A stretch of DNA of 44,780 nt from an uncultured Candidatus Saccharibacteria bacterium (GTDB lineage: Bacteria > Patescibacteriota > Saccharimonadia > Saccharimonadales > Saccharimonadaceae). The notes beneath the pieces were generated by a model, which saw only the letters and a program-made list of their open reading frames with translations, ran no database searches and was not told where the DNA came from. Both the position numbers and the translations under genes were made by a program. Each line of letters starts with the position of its first letter. Positions within the stretch are counted from its first letter, which is position 1. This document shows positions 42,886 to 44,780 of this stretch, in pieces. Where the stretch lies: NCBI GenBank assembly GCA_947097085.1, contig CAMUQR010000001.1, positions 1 through 44,780 of the forward strand, in the 5' to 3' direction.

Positions 42886-43884
42886 CTAATCCTCAAGCAG
42901 TTGATTGATTTGCTCAGCGCTTAGTCTAGCAAGTTTGCCAGCTTCAAAATCAGCCAGAATCTGGCGCACTTCAGCGGTTGAATTGGTTAGCATGAGGCGG
43001 GCTCGTAACTCTTTAGCGCCATCAAAATCGCGCAGATAAATCTTGAAAAATTTCTTAAGTGGGGCAAATTTTTTAGCACCATCGGTATTATGCTTATCAA
43101 ACAAATCGAGATGAAGTTTTAATAAATCAAGCAGTTCGTTTTGCGTTGGGATTTTATCAGTGAAACAAAATGGATTTTGAAAAACTCCCCTACCAATCAT
43201 CACGCCATCAAGATTATGCTTGTTAGCTAACTCGAGTGCTTGAGCGCGATTTAGAATATCGCCGTTGATAGCTAGTCTTGTCTGAGGTGCGATCTGATCA
43301 CGCAGGGCGATAATTTCTGGGATCAGCTCAAAATGAGCCTCGACTTTACTCATTTCCTTGCGGGTGCGGAGATGGACAGTTAAGAGTTCCAGATCTTGTT
43401 GTAATAAAAAGCTCAGCCAATCGAGCCATTCATCGACTCGCGAAAAACCGAGGCGAGTTTTGACACTGAGTGGTAATCCGGCTTGTTTAGCAACGCGGAT
43501 AATTTCGCCGGCTAATTCTGGATTGCGGATAAGAGCGCTACCACCGCCAGATTTGACGACGGCTTTGTCGGGGCAACCCATATTGATATCGACTGCTTGG
43601 TAGCCCATAGCTTTTAGTTCAGGAATGGTTTTAGCAAACGATTCAGGCTTACTGCCCCAGATTTGGGCGACAATTGGTTGTTCGTTTGGTAAAAATTGCA
43701 AGCGTCGCAGAGCAGAATGCTTGCCAAGTGGGCTGACGAAGCTATCGGTGTTGGTAAACTCAGTATAAAACAAATCCGGTCGACCGGCGCGAGCAACGAC
43801 CTGACGAAAAACAACATCAGTCACATCTTCCATCGGTGCTAGACTGATAAATGGACGTGGCAAGTTTTGATAGAAATTAGACAT
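42886..43884 (-). CDS. dus: tRNA-dihydrouridine synthase
   Basis: 332-aa ORF with 'LAPMEDVTDVVFR', 'VDINMGCP' and 'GVMIGRG' TIM-barrel Dus motifs. Confidence 0.9.
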   Translation of the reverse strand: MSNFYQNLPRPFISLAPMEDVTDVVFRQVVARAGRPDLFYTEFTNTDSFVSPLGKHSALRRLQFLPNEQPIVAQIWGSKPESFAKTIPELKAMGYQAVDINMGCPDKAVVKSGGGSALIRNPELAGEIIRVAKQAGLPLSVKTRLGFSRVDEWLDWLSFLLQQDLELLTVHLRTRKEMSKVEAHFELIPEIIALRDQIAPQTRLAINGDILNRAQALELANKHNLDGVMIGRGVFQNPFCFTDKIPTQNELLDLLKLHLDLFDKHNTDGAKKFAPLKKFFKIYLRDFDGAKELRARLMLTNSTAEVRQILADFEAGKLARLSAEQINQLLED

Positions 43885-43959
43885 TGGGTTATTTTAACAT
43901 GTTTTTAGGTAAAAATAAACGGTGAGTGGGATGTTAAGAGGGGCGATGTTAATAAAAAA

Positions 43960-44018
43960 AGACGAGCTAGGCCCGTCTCGTTCTACGAAAGCAAGATGGG
44001 GGTGTCTTGCTTTCGTAG
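43960..44018 (-). terminator. Tandem hairpins terminating the 63-aa gene
   Basis: Perfect 14-bp stem CTACGAAAGCAAGA/TCTTGCTTTCGTAG (43983-43996/44005-44018), then a 5-bp hairpin followed on the minus strand by T8. Confidence 0.65.
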
Positions 44019-44021
44019 GTG

Positions 44022-44213
44022 TTATTTTTTCTTAAGTATTTCGTCTGCTCTTGTATCTTTATTGGCTGCTTGATTCACGGCAGCTTTTTCATTATTGCTT
44101 AGGCTAGCAAACTTTGTTCCTGAGAGGAACTTTTTGTAAGCGCTTGAGACATAAGCCTCAAGTTCTTTTTGATTGAAATTACCATCAAAAAACACATCAT
44201 TCCCTCCTTTCAT
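44022..44213 (-). CDS. Small hydrophilic protein of unknown function
   Basis: 63-aa ORF with a promoter, a long 5' UTR and a terminator. An internal AGGAGG suggests the true start may be the in-frame GTG at codon 7. Confidence 0.35.
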   Translation of the reverse strand: MKGGNDVFFDGNFNQKELEAYVSSAYKKFLSGTKFASLSNNEKAAVNQAANKDTRADEILKKK

Positions 44214-44346
44214 AAAATAACTAACCTACAATGGTCAATCCGCGGACTATTTACTAACAGTAAATTTCCTAACTCCGGAGTTGCATTGCACGCAATATGC
44301 AATGTACTTTCCCTTGCTGATTGACCGATTGCAAGTTGATGCTCGT

Positions 44347-44374
44347 ATTATACAATAAAAAATAATATTTGCAA
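44347..44374 (-). promoter_or_regulatory. Promoter: TTGCAA, 16-nt spacer, TATAAT (minus strand) for the 63-aa gene
   Basis: -10 at 44347-44352 and -35 at 44369-44374, read as reverse complement. This predicts a 5' UTR of about 125 nt. Confidence 0.5.
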
Positions 44375-44408
44375 TAGTTTTTGGGAAAAACTTACTTTTT
44401 AGAGTGAA

Positions 44409-44780
44409 TTAATATAAATCAGCTAATTCATCAAGAAGTAAATCTTCGAATTGTTTGCGTCCAGCTAGGCTTGTTGGCAATTCAGGTACGGAGAAATCGC
44501 AAGCTAATACTCGACGCCAAACCGCAGTAATTAGGCGTTTGACGCGATGCTCAGTGGCAGTGTCGAATTCGCCAGCGAGATAGTTGACGCGTCCATCTGG
44601 CGTTAGCGACAAGAACTCCAGGCGCCAGCTAGTGATGTGCCAACCGGGATATTTGGCGCTAGCTTCGAGCATAATTTTATAAAAATACAACTGCGTGACG
44701 TAGCCATACAGTGAGCTGTCGTTAAGGTTTAAGCGGTCGTGACTTTTGCCGGTTTTGTAATCAACAAGTGTGATGGTTTT
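44409..44780 (-). CDS. PD-(D/E)XK (RecB/Cas4-like) nuclease-family protein, C-terminal part; the gene continues beyond the window edge
   Basis: The reading frame is open to nt 44780. 'TLVDYKTGK' (D/ExK) is followed by 'TQLYFYKIM' (QxxxY), the signature of RecB-family nuclease domains. Confidence 0.6.
   Translation of the reverse strand, partial: KTITLVDYKTGKSHDRLNLNDSSLYGYVTQLYFYKIMLEASAKYPGWHITSWRLEFLSLTPDGRVNYLAGEFDTATEHRVKRLITAVWRRVLACDFSVPELPTSLAGRKQFEDLLLDELADLY

Overview
This 44.8-kb chromosomal window is densely coding and uses the standard genetic code (TGA terminates mraZ and ftsW at the expected lengths). Gene content suggests a reduced-genome, Gram-positive-like bacterium, probably Patescibacteria/CPR of the Saccharibacteria type. 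That assignment is an inference from content only; no search was run. The supporting content is a stripped-down dcw cluster, a sortase, DUF3048, a TopA with non-zinc GRFGPY repeats, a PilX-like/RCC1 surface protein and many low-complexity protein tails.

Layout:
- 218-8910 (+): a dcw-type operon, mraZ-rsmH-ftsL-like-ftsI-mraY-ftsW-murG-ftsQ-like. It has no Mur ligases and no ftsA/ftsZ.
- 8911-10098: an AT-rich 1.19-kb gap with no ORF of 60 aa or more, lying between convergent genes.
- 10099-29856: a long minus-strand run. It holds an orphan TraD/VirD4-like coupling ATPase, a sigma-region-4 + 2x HARE-HTH protein, topA, dprA, pth, der, a pseudouridine synthase, a response regulator/histidine kinase pair, a cupin, tRNA-Glu(CUC), DUF3048 and gltX. 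A two-gene plus-strand AT-rich islet interrupts it between topA and dprA.
- 29934-35607: a PEGA protein, MscS, an ABC-2 exporter and a sortase.
- 35703-37777: tRNA-Leu(CAA) next to an AT-rich two-gene patch (a Cys-rich hypothetical plus a MATE pump).
- 37944-44780: a divergent YjeF_C-like protein, xth, smpB, an NrdH-like redoxin, a 739-aa PilX_N-like + RCC1 beta-propeller protein, dus, small ORFs and a PD-(D/E)XK nuclease cut off by the window edge.

I found no rRNA, CRISPR array, transposase or integrase.

The items most worth follow-up are all non-canonical:
- two orphan promoter-to-terminator units with no ORF (candidate sRNAs at about 18433-18665 and about 25579-25723);
- a 262-nt structured element in the unusually long mraZ-rsmH spacer;
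- the repeat-bounded ORF-free gap, which also contains a collinear copy of the mraZ promoter/operator module;
- the PilX_N-RCC1 fusion, a candidate pilus or surface adhesin;
- the sigma-r4/HARE-HTH fusion;
- the orphan coupling-protein-like ATPase.

None of these is demonstrated to be a new system. Each is offered as a hypothesis with a test.
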